A DNA stretch of 63,352 nt, filler included, from Reticulomyxa filosa (lineage: Eukaryota; Protista; Foraminifera): assembly GCA_000512085.1 (NCBI GenBank). It is 23 parts of 23 records of this genome, joined end to end, with 100 filler letters (N's around TTAATTAATTAA, not from the genome) between each part and the next. Parts side by side here need not be neighbours in the genome. Positions count along the whole stretch, not along the records: positions 51,222 to 52,255 come from ASPP01018963.1; positions 52,356 to 53,461 come from ASPP01024545.1; positions 53,562 to 55,242 come from ASPP01002730.1; positions 55,343 to 58,342 come from ASPP01001803.1; positions 58,443 to 60,805 come from ASPP01008673.1; positions 60,906 to 61,942 come from ASPP01025993.1; positions 62,043 to 63,352 come from ASPP01002295.1; 16 more parts are not named here. The stretch is one strand, 5' to 3'. The position numbers and the translations under genes are program-made. Shown here in pieces: positions 51,976 to 63,352 of this stretch. Each line of letters begins with the position of its first letter. The first letter of the stretch is position 1. Below the pieces are notes generated by a model, which did not search any database, was not told the origin of the DNA, and saw only the letters and a program-made list of their open reading frames with translations.

Positions 51976-53561
51976 TCAACATTATTGCATTCGATTTTTT
52001 CCTTTGGTCCCACATCATCACTTTGTGACTCTGAGGTTGGTGCTGTATGCTTAATAATTGATTCCTCGTTATTCTTGGCAATTTTTGCATCTATATCTTC
52101 TGCTTTGACACTACCAGCAACGGACTCCAAGTCTTGATCTTCCAATATTTCGTCCGATTATACATGATCAAATTTTTCATGCTCCAACCTCAACACATAA
52201 CCGAGACTAAGTAATGCACTCCTAGATAAAATAAAATTATGTGGCAAATTTGGTANNNNNNNNNNNNNNNNNNNNNNNNNNNNNNNNNNNNNNNNNNNNT
52301 TAATTAATTAANNNNNNNNNNNNNNNNNNNNNNNNNNNNNNNNNNNNNNNNNNNNGAGTAGAATTTTCAGCAAAACAAAAAATATAGACAAACACACACA
52401 CTCCAAATTGTTTGAATTATGTTTATGAAATAAAAATTGCATATAATCAAATTAAAACTAATTAATCTCTTTTATTACTAACAAAAAATTAATAAAACTT
52501 TCTGTCGTGTAGGTAATGTGAATCATAATACAAAGTATCAAATTTGTTACTTATTAAATTCTAAGTTTCAATTTTTTAATTTGATAATGAATATAATTGT
52601 ATTCTTAATTGAAATTGATATCCCGTATGTTTATGAATATCATGATGATGCAACATCTTCAATTCATTCAATATTGCTATCAATTCTTTTGGTTAGCATT
52701 TTATGATTTAAATCAAATAATTATTCTTTTTATTACTTTGTTTCATTTAATTTTGGATATCATGTAAGTAAATTAATACAAAAAATAGAAATTTTCTTTG
52801 ATAAATTTGAATTATGCATCTTAATGAATTAGTTATAATCTCTTCTTTATTTGATTGCTTATTTGGTAAATGAAATTAAGTATATATTAGGAATAGATTA
52901 TTCATATAATAGATTTACTTGTTTAGATAAACTTTTTGCCTAATTTTGTCTTAGAAATAGCTTTAGACATTTTAATTTTTCAAAAAAGACTCAAATCAAA
53001 AATAGATGGACAAAATTCCACATCAATCTAGAAAACTTTTTGCACTCCAATTTTATCCTTTTGCATCAAAAATCCATTTAAAAAAAAAACAATATAAACT
53101 TGGATTAAAATTTAATCATTATAATTTAGGTGCAGTGGGATTTTCCAAGTTTCTCCAATAATTTCCTTTACAATTACGCTGAATATGTCTTGAGCATAAT
53201 ACTCAATATGTCTCTTTAAACAAATTCAATCATATGTATATTGCAAATTATGTAAAATGTTCATATTATAGTAGGAATATCATTTTTTTTTTATCACAAG
53301 GTAAAATGATTCGTTTTAGGAATTTCAAATTTATCAACAATTGCAATCATTCAATAAACACAAAAAAAGTATTGGCATATGAATGTACTTCATTTGCTCG
53401 AACATGCTCTATTATTTGAGCAAATAACAGAACCAGCATGCAATAACAAAAATGGAACAAANNNNNNNNNNNNNNNNNNNNNNNNNNNNNNNNNNNNNNN
53501 NNNNNTTAATTAATTAANNNNNNNNNNNNNNNNNNNNNNNNNNNNNNNNNNNNNNNNNNNN

Positions 53562-55242
53562 AGTCACAACAATGGAAAAAAGCTTTTGCACACGTACAAT
53601 TGGCTATGATTTCAAAGAAAAAGCTATTGAAAATGGCGAATAAAATACGTGAAAGTGAAAACGAGGAACTATTGAATATTGACGAAATAATAAACAACAA
53701 ATCATCTAGCCCTGCCAACAGACGTGATTCCAGCCCCGCCACTAGCCCAACAACCACACGGCAGATGTATATGTCAATCTATTTTTCTATTCACAATAGT
53801 GAGAAAAGAGAAATGGTTGTGTTTAATTGATACAGACGACAAGAGTACGCGCAAATTCTGCTCATTAATGACAATATGGCGACAATTACTCTGGAAGTGT
53901 GTTTTTAAAAAACGGATTCCCCAGCTCAATGTGCCAAATGACTAACAAATAACACAATTAAATATAAAAAAAAAGGCAAATTGGTGAAATTCAATATGAA
54001 TGACGACAAGTGGAAAGGTTTCAATTTGAGGAACGGAGATGAAATATTTTGTACGTATTCATTCGATCCAAATCCAAACACACTAAATAGTGAGTTGAGA
54101 GTCGACAAGATTGAATTCCCTGTGCTTTATCAGAGTGAAGTGAATGAAGATGACGACTCTGCATTTGTGCTTATTCAAGTGCATTGCAAAAAAGCGGTAC
54201 TATTTCAAACAACGCCCATATACCGACATTGCAATACATGTTTGTACTATCATCCATTTGTTGATTTTATATTAAATATGTTTGTTTGCTAAAGCAACAA
54301 GCAACTAAAGTGAAGATTGTGAACGAAAGTCAAAAGAAAAAAAAATGGAGGATTGGAGACAAAGTGGAGTTCCATTGCAAACATAATGACACATGGACTG
54401 CTGTTGATATCAAAAGCCTTCAGCGAGCTCCTTCGTTTGGTTTTGTGTGTTTTTTTTTGTTTTGGTCAAAATAATAGCTTCAAAAGCACTGTTTTGCATT
54501 TGTATGTTAGACGAAGAATAGGAGATATAACACCAAATGCAACAGTGAAACATAAACAAGAAAAGGCCTTTCAAATTTTGAATTGGTTAGAAAATCCTTT
54601 GGAAGGTACTATTTAATCAACATATATGTACATATACATATATACATATATGCATATACATATATAAATATATATATATACATATATGTATATATACATA
54701 TATGTATATATACATATATGTATATATGTGTATGTATATGTTTAGTAATCTAATTCTTTCTCCAAAAAGTGGAGAACTCCAAACTTGCTTGTATACATTA
54801 CAGAAAAGGTCGACTGGAACATATACGACGACATGGATTTGTCGGACTTGATCAATCAATATAAAAATCAACACCGCTGCTCCTCTCATGAAAATGAGAA
54901 TAACAGCAAATTGCAATGGTTAAAAACGCAGATAACATTGGAAGCGATGAACTACGTAGCAAAAGAATGCATAGCTGAAGTGCGCAGTATCCCAAATGAG
55001 TTGGTGGAACGAATAATTCAAAATTTTAAATGTTGTAGCGAGTCGTCATCGATGATTGGATCGAATAGCTCCCGTATATCGAATGCAATGTCGTCGTTGA
55101 AAAAATTCATTGAAAAGTATCATAACACAAATGAAGAAGATGATTTGACCAATTTGCAAACAGAATTGGAGCATATAGAAGCACTTCCGATATTGATGGA
55201 GCAACAAACTGTAGATAATATGTACTGGGTCGTTTCAAAACA
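53562..55242 (+). CDS. Hypothetical multi-exon protein, partial
   Basis: Co-directional ORFs 53600, 53981, 54286 and 54785 separated by AT-rich introns; no family recognised. Confidence 0.5.
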
Positions 55243-56861
55243 NNNNNNNNNNNNNNNNNNNNNNNNNNNNNNNNNNNNNNNNNNNNTTAATTAATTAANN
55301 NNNNNNNNNNNNNNNNNNNNNNNNNNNNNNNNNNNNNNNNNNGTCACGTGTTAACATCACAGATCCGATATCTTAGCAAGTGGCTGAGACAAGCAAAGAC
55401 CTTTGTGAATACAAGGCCTTGTATATCAATTAACTTGAATATCTCCAGCATCAACGCATATATCAATAATAGTAATTGCAATAATCAAATAAAAAATGAC
55501 AAAGAACAAGCACAATTATCGTAGCAATTATTGAATATCGTTACGAAAATAGTTTTATTGTTACTAACTACAATGATATTAGTAATCAAAAACTCTTAGC
55601 ATGACATAATGACTTCATACCACTACAATTTTGGTATTAACTATATTTTTCGTCAAAACAGTGCCTTGTGTTTGTGGACATAAAACAATTTTTTGTTTGT
55701 ATGTACTTATCAATGTACAGATATGAAATGCTTTGATTTTTTTTTTAAAAGGGCACGATTTCCACATTATTGCAACCATCAAACCGACTATTTTTGGACA
55801 TCATTTGTCCTCACCGACTTACAAGTTTAGAAACGCGAGTTTTTTTTTTTGTAAGTACATGTTTAAAACTTTTTTAAAGAACAATGTTGTGGAATTGTCA
55901 AAAAAAAAAAATACGTACAAACACTAATTATCTTTTAAAAACAGTTTACACGTACGTACAATACAAATTAGGAAACAAAGGCTTAGGTTCAAAGTATTGC
56001 TTTTAAAACATGAAACAATTTACTTGGAAAAGTAGTCGTAGAAAACATGGACAATCTGTTGTTGCTCCTTGGATAATTTTTATAAAAAGAAAATTCATTG
56101 GATGGGCTAAGACATTCAACAAATAGCCCAAATAAAACAAACAAGTTTTCAACATAGGATCGCCTTTTCTAAGCCAAATTATCCTAATAGAAAAATGCGA
56201 CCAGACAACCCTTTTTTTTTTGAAAAGTAGAAATAATGTCTTGCTGACATTGTTTTCAATAAATAATTTTTTTTGCCGATTTTGGTGCTTTTTATTGTTG
56301 GGTTCTGTTCTAGTAATTAATATTTTTTTGGACTTTGATTTTTATTTTGAATAATAATTAAAAAAAAAAGAACATGAACAAATTTAATCAGTACCAGACC
56401 AGCCAAATGTCATAACAAATGTTTTTTTTTTCTGAAAAATGAAAAATGATGACTGGAGACGTTTTTGAGTTTTTTCAAAAATGGGTCATTTTTTGTGGTT
56501 TGTGGGTCATTTTTGAACCGGTTGTCATAAAAAAAGTACTTTTTTCTAAAAAAAAAATTTTCCAAAAGTCTTAAATGGGGGGATGTTGTTCAATTTTTTT
56601 TATGCTGACTTTTTTAATGTGTCTTTTTTGACAGCCAAGAATACCGCTTCATTGTCCTTTGTTTACAGAGAATAAAAGAGTAAGAGTGTTAGAAGCAAAT
56701 CCTAGAAGTAAATAGGCGAAGGACGACATTAGGGAAGTCAACTCAACGTCAGAGGACGCAAAGACAGAACGGAACGAAGAACCATAACTTAACAATTGGG
56801 CCAACAGTCAAAAAATCAAGTGATTGATTGGCAAGTATGTGGTCCACGTGGTCGAGCACAA

Positions 56862-57107
56862 GACTTGACAATTGGGAAAATATTAATGAAAAGAAGGTAT
56901 TCCTTCAAAGCAGCCGAGAAGGAAATTGTGCTGGACGTTAATGAAAAATTATCATGTGTCGCTTTAGACTATGATGATCAATTAAAGAAAGCCGAAACAT
57001 CCAGCGACTTAGAGCGAAACTACAAATTATTTGATGGCCAAGTTATCACTGTTGGTGCTGAGCGATTCGGATGCCAAGAAGTTTTGTTTAAATTAAACTT
57101 CATTGGA
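56862..57107 (+). pseudogene. ACT: Actin fragment (about residues 184-268), degenerate
   Basis: 'KILMKRRYSFKAAEKEIVLDVNEKLSCVALDYDDQLKKAETSSDLERNYKLFDGQVITVGAERFGCQEVLF'. Confidence 0.88.
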
Positions 57108-57631
57108 TTTAAAACATCAATTACAAAAGGAAGGCACAAAAAAGGGTATGTTTGTGTGAAAAAAAAAGGTGTAATAATTTTTTTTATCTTTAAAAAAAAA
57201 AAACAAAAAAATAGAGAAATTCAAGGACAAGCTCGACAGCATCATCGATTATGCTACTTTTTTGGAATTGAACAATCGATAGCATGTGTATGTAAAATGG
57301 ATGGTCCTTCAATTAACTACGCTCAAGACGGGGGAACAATTACCCCTTATGTACCTGTTCGTTTTTATCCAACGAACACAACTGGCAAAGCATTTTTTAT
57401 TGAAATGCAACACAAAACAGTCGACAAAGCCGAAGCTGGTGACAATGTAGGTGTGAACTTGGAAAAAGAAAATATGCAACACACTAATGGTGTGATGTGC
57501 ATTGCTGACCCTAGTGCAGATCCTAGCCCACCAAAACAAGCAACCAAATTTACTGCTTGATATTTGTTCAAGATTATCCAGGACAATTGAAAGCCGCAAC
57601 TGGTGACGAAAAAGGCAACTACAAAAGTGGC
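57108..57631 (+). pseudogene. EFL: Elongation factor-like (EFL) GTPase fragment, internally deleted and frameshifted
   Basis: EFL-type 'FKTSITKGRHKKG|EIQGQARQHHRLC' (intron 57146-57214) and 'GKAFFIEMQHKTVDKAEAGDNVG', then frameshifted 'LIFVQDYPGQLKAA'. Confidence 0.75.
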
Positions 57632-58442
57632 CAAGCTAAAATCGTATTCCCGAAAATACAATAGTCGTGATATCCTTTATGTAAACCATTGGGTACGTTA
57701 AAAAAAGTTTTTTATATTTACATTATACAATATTAATAACAATTTGTTGTATTGTTATCATAGGACGAATGGCTGACTGTTTTGTTTTAATAATTTTTTT
57801 TGTTTGATGAAAATATTTTTTATCGTGCAATATTATCTCCACGAAATATTATCACGAGTTCAATTTTAATATTTAATATTTTTGCACATCAATATATCCT
57901 ATTCATTTACACATTTTCAATACCTATTGAGAAAAAATATCATTCGATGATTTTTTCACAACCAAGTGTATTTTCTTAAGAAGAAAAATTGCAAATGAAT
58001 TTGTTGATGCCTTTCAAAAAAAAAAAAAGGTGGGTGCATAAAATGTTAGATGATCAATACGAATTAAATAATGGGGTTTGAACTAACTCACACATTCGAT
58101 CGATAACGTTTAATGTGGTAGTACTAAAAACACAGTGTTCTTATGCAGAAAGAATCTGATCTGCCGACCTGACCGGGGTGTTATGCGTTCTGTATCTGGC
58201 GAATACGCATCTTTTTCCAAATTTTTCTTTTGATATTATTACTTAACAAAAATTCTTTTGCAATTTTATGAATTATCAGTAATTTTTTTTTGGGATGGAA
58301 AAAAAATTATATGTACATAAAGCATAGTACTTCAGCTATCAANNNNNNNNNNNNNNNNNNNNNNNNNNNNNNNNNNNNNNNNNNNNTTAATTAATTAANN
58401 NNNNNNNNNNNNNNNNNNNNNNNNNNNNNNNNNNNNNNNNNN

Positions 58443-58479
<37 letters not shown>

Positions 58480-58481
<2 letters not shown>

Positions 58482-58824
58482 TGCAAAAGTGACGCAGTTC
58501 AAAGGTCTTCAAAGCACAGCCAAAGTTACACGAACTGTGGAAGTTGATGAAAATGTTCTAACTTCCAAATTAGTCAGTGGGGGGTCTGCATACGAAGAGG
58601 CGCTGAAGAAACAACAAGAACAAAAGCAGGCAGAAAAAAAGAAAAAAGAAACGGTAGTTGTAAATTCAAATACCTTGGAAGCAAAAAATGTCTTCACTCA
58701 AATGGAGAAAGAAAGCTTATCCAATAATAACTTAAGACCTAGTGCCGCCAAACGCCAAAAGAAATCCAAAAAAAATGTCGAGTCAGACCGTGATGAAAAA
58801 ACCGAAACAAATGCTTCCACATGA
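58480..58824 (+). CDS. 3' end of a hypothetical charged protein
   Basis: ORF 58489-58824 at the contig start, K/E-rich, stop TGA. Confidence 0.4.
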
Positions 58825-59549
58825 TTTTGTGAATATTTATTATCTCGTACTCCTTTGTCACAATGTTTTTTATTATTGCTATACATCTTTTTGTTTTTTT
58901 GGTTTTTAGCCTCTTTCTCAATGGGAAGAGGAAAACAGTTGAGCCCGAAACTTCAATTTGTATGATTAAAATTCTGCATGTTCGCTGTAAAAACGTTTTA
59001 AAACTCCAAAATATATAGTCAGTTTGCGAGTTGTATTGTGATGGTTTATTTGTTTTTTAAGTCGATACACTGTTACATCTTAAAGGAAGAGTGTCAATAT
59101 TCTATCTATTTCAATTTTTATTAAAAGTAATTGTAGTAACAGAATTACAAGACTCGTACAACTTAAACATATTACGGCTAATATGTCTTCTTTAGATAAA
59201 TCTTAATAAGAACAGTTCTTGATGAAGTAAAGAAAGCGATCGAAAATAAAAGAATGAAAAAATGTCAAAACATTTCATAAAAAGCCACCAGGGCCATGAA
59301 ACTTAAAAATAAAAAACATTTTATTCTCTGAACAATTGGTTCAAAAAATTGAAAAACTTGCAAATATTCGAAAGAATAAATTATAGTTTTTGAAATATCT
59401 TGTTTTGCTAGTAACAAGCGACAGCTGGATTGAAAATGGTTACTAAGATAATTTGAATAGTTAATTGTAGATTGCTGAACACAGGCTTTGAATATGCCAA
59501 TACACAAAACATATTGCCAAAAAAAAAACAACAAACGAACCAAACCGAG

Positions 59550-60680
59550 CTAAGAAGTTTGCTCATTTGCATTATTTTCAGAGCTGAATGGAATTGATTG
59601 GGTTGCAGTGGCATCATTTTGGGTTTCTGTGGTTTCATTTTGAATTTTTGTGACGTTACTTTGGGTTTCTGTGACATCATTTTGGATTTCCGCCGTATTA
59701 TTCTGTGTTTCTAACGTGCTATCTTGAGTTGGAGTGGCATTGACATTAATATTTTCAGCAGCTTTTGTGTCAATTTCACTTACACGTTGAATATTAGTAA
59801 GTTCGACTTTCGACACCAGCACAACTTGAGAAGTTCTGGCAGGTTCCACTGTGATAGTGCCACTTGATTTGTCAGCAACCTGAGTTTTATTGGCTTCGTC
59901 GTGTTTCTCTGACATTTGTCTGGACTTGTGGCGCTGCTTTCGGAATGTTCGAATTGCTTGTATCAGTGTCATTCCTAATCGTTGATGTACACGTTTGATT
60001 TTTTTTTCCCCAATAATGGGACAAGGAAAAAAAAAAAAAAACGACAATGAGAGGATAACAAACCTTCAGGGGCATACGACCAACCGCGTCGAAAGAAATA
60101 GATCATCATAAAAATGGATATCAAAAGTGAAAACACAGCGTACAAAATTGGTACGGAAAAAGCTTCCACTCGTGCTTTAGTGTCTCTTGTGTATATTTTT
60201 TTACATAACTAAAAACAGTCATCATTGTATGTATACGTATACATATATACATTGTAATTATTATGTCAAGTAGTGAGGTTTAGCAAAAAAAAAAAAAAAA
60301 AGGGGGAGGAGGAAAAAAAAAGAGGAGCAGAGCGGTCGACGATATACATGCACAAAGGGGAGACAGAGAAAGGGTAGAAAAGAGGTAGAGAGGAAGGGGG
60401 AGGGGGGGGGAAAAAAAAACAACTTGATGGTTAAATTCAAAATACCAATAGCCAAGATTTGATTTTGCATTGCACATTCAGCAGCTACAGCCAACCGAGC
60501 AGGTTTAGGCAGTTTCAACAGGGTCGTAACTCCAAGCCCGTAAGCGCAGCCAAAGATACAAGGAAGCAGGGATACAATATACACCTTCGCAGGATAACGA
60601 GTTCGAAATAAACCCCCTCCGCTTATATTATTCACAGTGATAGTACCGATGATAATTATCCACACTAATAAAAGGTAAGA
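59550..60680 (-). CDS. Bile acid:sodium symporter (BASS/SLC10) family, 3' part, multi-exon
   Basis: 'PARLAVAAECAMQNQILAIGILNLT' (ExxxQN motif), 'VPILYAVF' and a Thr/Gln/Asn-repeat tail. Confidence 0.75.
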
Positions 60681-62602
60681 TATGTTTTCCCACACAATAC
60701 TTACGTACATATATGTGCATATATTTTTACATAATCATTTTAAGATTAAATTATTGTGATTAGGTTGAATTTTTGAAATCCCAAAAAAAAAAAAAAAAAA
60801 AAAAANNNNNNNNNNNNNNNNNNNNNNNNNNNNNNNNNNNNNNNNNNNNTTAATTAATTAANNNNNNNNNNNNNNNNNNNNNNNNNNNNNNNNNNNNNNN
60901 NNNNNACAATAATAATATCTTATCATTTATTCAAATATAGCAACAATTGAATGTACTCTTCATTTTTTTTAAAAAAAGATATTTCAAACTTAAAATGTTT
61001 CTACATAGATTTTGTATCATCAAACGCTTTATCAAAAATAAAAAAAGCTAGATCCTAAGATATTGTATATATCGAAGCTATTGTTTTAAATTTATTAATG
61101 GTATAAATTAGATCAAATCAACTGTGCGGAATTGAATATCGATGATCTTGTGGATATCTTCCCAAGGTGAAAGGGCATACGTATAACCATTTTTTTTAGT
61201 CAAAAAAAAGGTGAGAAACATTAACAATATTGTAATATATATATACATATATGTTGGATGCAAACGGGCTTTAGTAAGTCACCAGTTGATGAACAAAAAA
61301 CAACATTGGACGACATACATTGGGTAGTCCCGCAAAATTACAACGAAAACACGAAACGGCTTCGAATATATGTAGTTTGTTTGACATATACAACATCTGA
61401 ACATGGTCACATTCGAAACGTCTTGTTTCATAACATACCTGGAGGTATTTTTTTTTAATATGATTCGATTAAACAGCAGAAAAATCATAGGATCATTCAA
61501 AAAAAAAGCTAATAGGAAATATGAGTTGAAACTAGCGTATGAAAATATCACCTGGTTATATTGGGCTGACTTTAATGTTGTTTCAAATTCCAATTTATCC
61601 TTTGACATATCTGATCAAACCAACCCAACTGCAACTGTTCCAGAGTCCTCTCAGGTAATGTTCGTGGAAGAACAATCTTCGCGGCCTGTATCCAAAGAAA
61701 TGCATGTACAGATATTGCAGCATTTGATTTGTGGAATTGAGAATGAGTCATCACTTTGTTTTGCTTTGACCGTTTTCAATGATTTAAAAACACAACTTCA
61801 TCAGTCGAACTTGCAAGATATTGAAAGTGTATTTAATGATAATACTCCAAATTTGGACCAACAGGTATGTGTTTGTTTGTTTTTACCTTGTGGATGGAAT
61901 GATCAAACAATACGTATATACAATACAGATGTGCCAAGTATCNNNNNNNNNNNNNNNNNNNNNNNNNNNNNNNNNNNNNNNNNNNNTTAATTAATTAANN
62001 NNNNNNNNNNNNNNNNNNNNNNNNNNNNNNNNNNNNNNNNNNTCCTCCCGAGTTCAAGCCTTTAGAATAGGGACTTGTACTACATTACATCGCCGCAAAT
62101 GAAGATTTAAAAATATGCACTGTAATATAAAAATAATAAAAGCGTAGTTTGAATCTTTCGCATTTGGCAATATATACGTGATATGTGGTATATTCCAGAT
62201 CATAAATGATAATTGTTAAAATAATCTACTAAGTATATTGTAACTATCTTTCAGACAATAAATAGTTGCTACATCTAAAAAAATCCAAAAAATTTAAAAA
62301 ACGTTGCGAAAATAAAAAAGTAAAAAAAGAAGAAAAAATAATTCTAAGAAACATTAAATTGTTTGCAATGGACAAAAAATTATACAAAAAAAAAAGCATT
62401 TTATAATTAATTGCATTTTGTGAATATGGTATTATATTTTCTAATTTTCAAATTTTATGAAAAATGAAGAGCGTTTCAACCTAAAATTAGCTTTTTCTTT
62501 TTTTGTAAACTTGATACGATAACAGTAATAAGCACTGGAAAGGAAGTGGATGTGTCTATAGTAGTAAAAAATTTGGGTGGCCGCAACGTTAAAAATAATA
62601 AT

Positions 62603-63198
62603 TTAGTCTACTTCGAGACTAGATCCGAAGAAGAAGTTTAGGGCTTGTGTTTTCTTCCATCCTTCATGAACATTGTAAATTGGGATTATCCCAGTCCAAG
62701 AGAAGGTGATATCATCGCAGAGGGCGTCGTAAGCCCTTTCAATCCGGTGAACCGTTTTCAAGACCCACATGTGGCAAGTCGAATGTTTTTTCATCCTATT
62801 TCTTTCATTACTTTTGTATTTGATCTGTTGGCCTATGTCTTGGAAGCATATGCGATAAGGGATTCACAACATAGTATGTTGTCACGATGAGGCGGACTTT
62901 TTACAAAAAAAAAAATTATATATGTATGTGTATATAATGTACATATGCATATATACTAATTGTCTAAAGCCACTCTCCAAGCGCCGTAAATTAGCACGAG
63001 CTCTTGTGTGCCCACGAGCAAAATAAAAAAGAGTAGAGATGGATGTAGAAGTACGGAGAGCAATAGAAGAAAGGAAGTGATAGAATGTGCAAATACAAAT
63101 GGAACACTACAAAACCAAAATGAAAATAGCAACGAAAGCGAAGCAAACAGCGGCCAAGCAATTTCAATACTACCAAATATAAACACTCCGACATTCAC
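62603..63198 (-). CDS. Hypothetical membrane protein fragment
   Basis: Hydrophobic ORF 62956-63198 plus downstream ORF 62603-62794. Confidence 0.3.
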
Positions 63199-63352
63199 AC
63201 AAAACAGCTATCTATCATTTTTTCCCAAAAACAAAACAAAAAGCAAATGTCCGACACATGTCATATGCTATGATATATGCATATGCATAAGTACATCTGA
63301 GAAAACAAAGATGTATCCCATTTATTTGAGTTGTTTTTTTTTTTTTTTTTTT

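Noticed and set aside
52356-53461. Very AT-rich contig as possible organellar or viral DNA
   Set aside because: No recognisable gene, RNA or repeat structure to support a call.
5017-62042. Recurring TTAATTAATTAA flanked by Ns as a biological repeat or CRISPR-like array
   Set aside because: Fixed 100-nt artificial spacer with six-frame stops. ORFs ending in 'XXXLIN' are artefacts, and cross-contig gene neighbourhoods were not interpreted.

Overview
Eukaryotic, AT-rich, intron-containing DNA made of 23 short unrelated contigs joined by 22 artificial 100-nt spacers (N44-TTAATTAATTAA-N44), so neighbourhood across spacers is meaningless. An EFL fragment, an expanded-family-type WD40 gene, (TA)n/poly-T introns and many decayed gene copies point to a rhizarian, probably a foraminiferan such as Reticulomyxa (inference). 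Recognisable, mostly partial genes: class I-like PI3K, WD40 protein, TM-RGS, RMC1/Mic1-like, PDS5, HDHD5/CECR5-like HAD, ABCB transporter, annexin with a C-terminal extension, AN1 zinc finger, CHID1, AFG3/FtsH protease, PrsW-family protease, FKBP, PHD protein and a bile acid:Na symporter. There is also a Gypsy integrase remnant and an actin/EFL chimeric pseudogene. The standout is on contig 2 (5117-12127): a very large uncharacterised protein carries an internal cassette of near-canonical ubiquitin (ending LRLRGG) fused directly to a 158-aa intein-like Hint domain (Cys1, TxxH, His-Asn/Thr+1), followed by a second ubiquitin-like domain. Introns split the cassette and hide it in the ORF track. 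It suggests self-activating (E1-independent) ubiquitin thioester formation or protein splicing inside a large host protein. All family assignments are by motif recognition; no searches were run.
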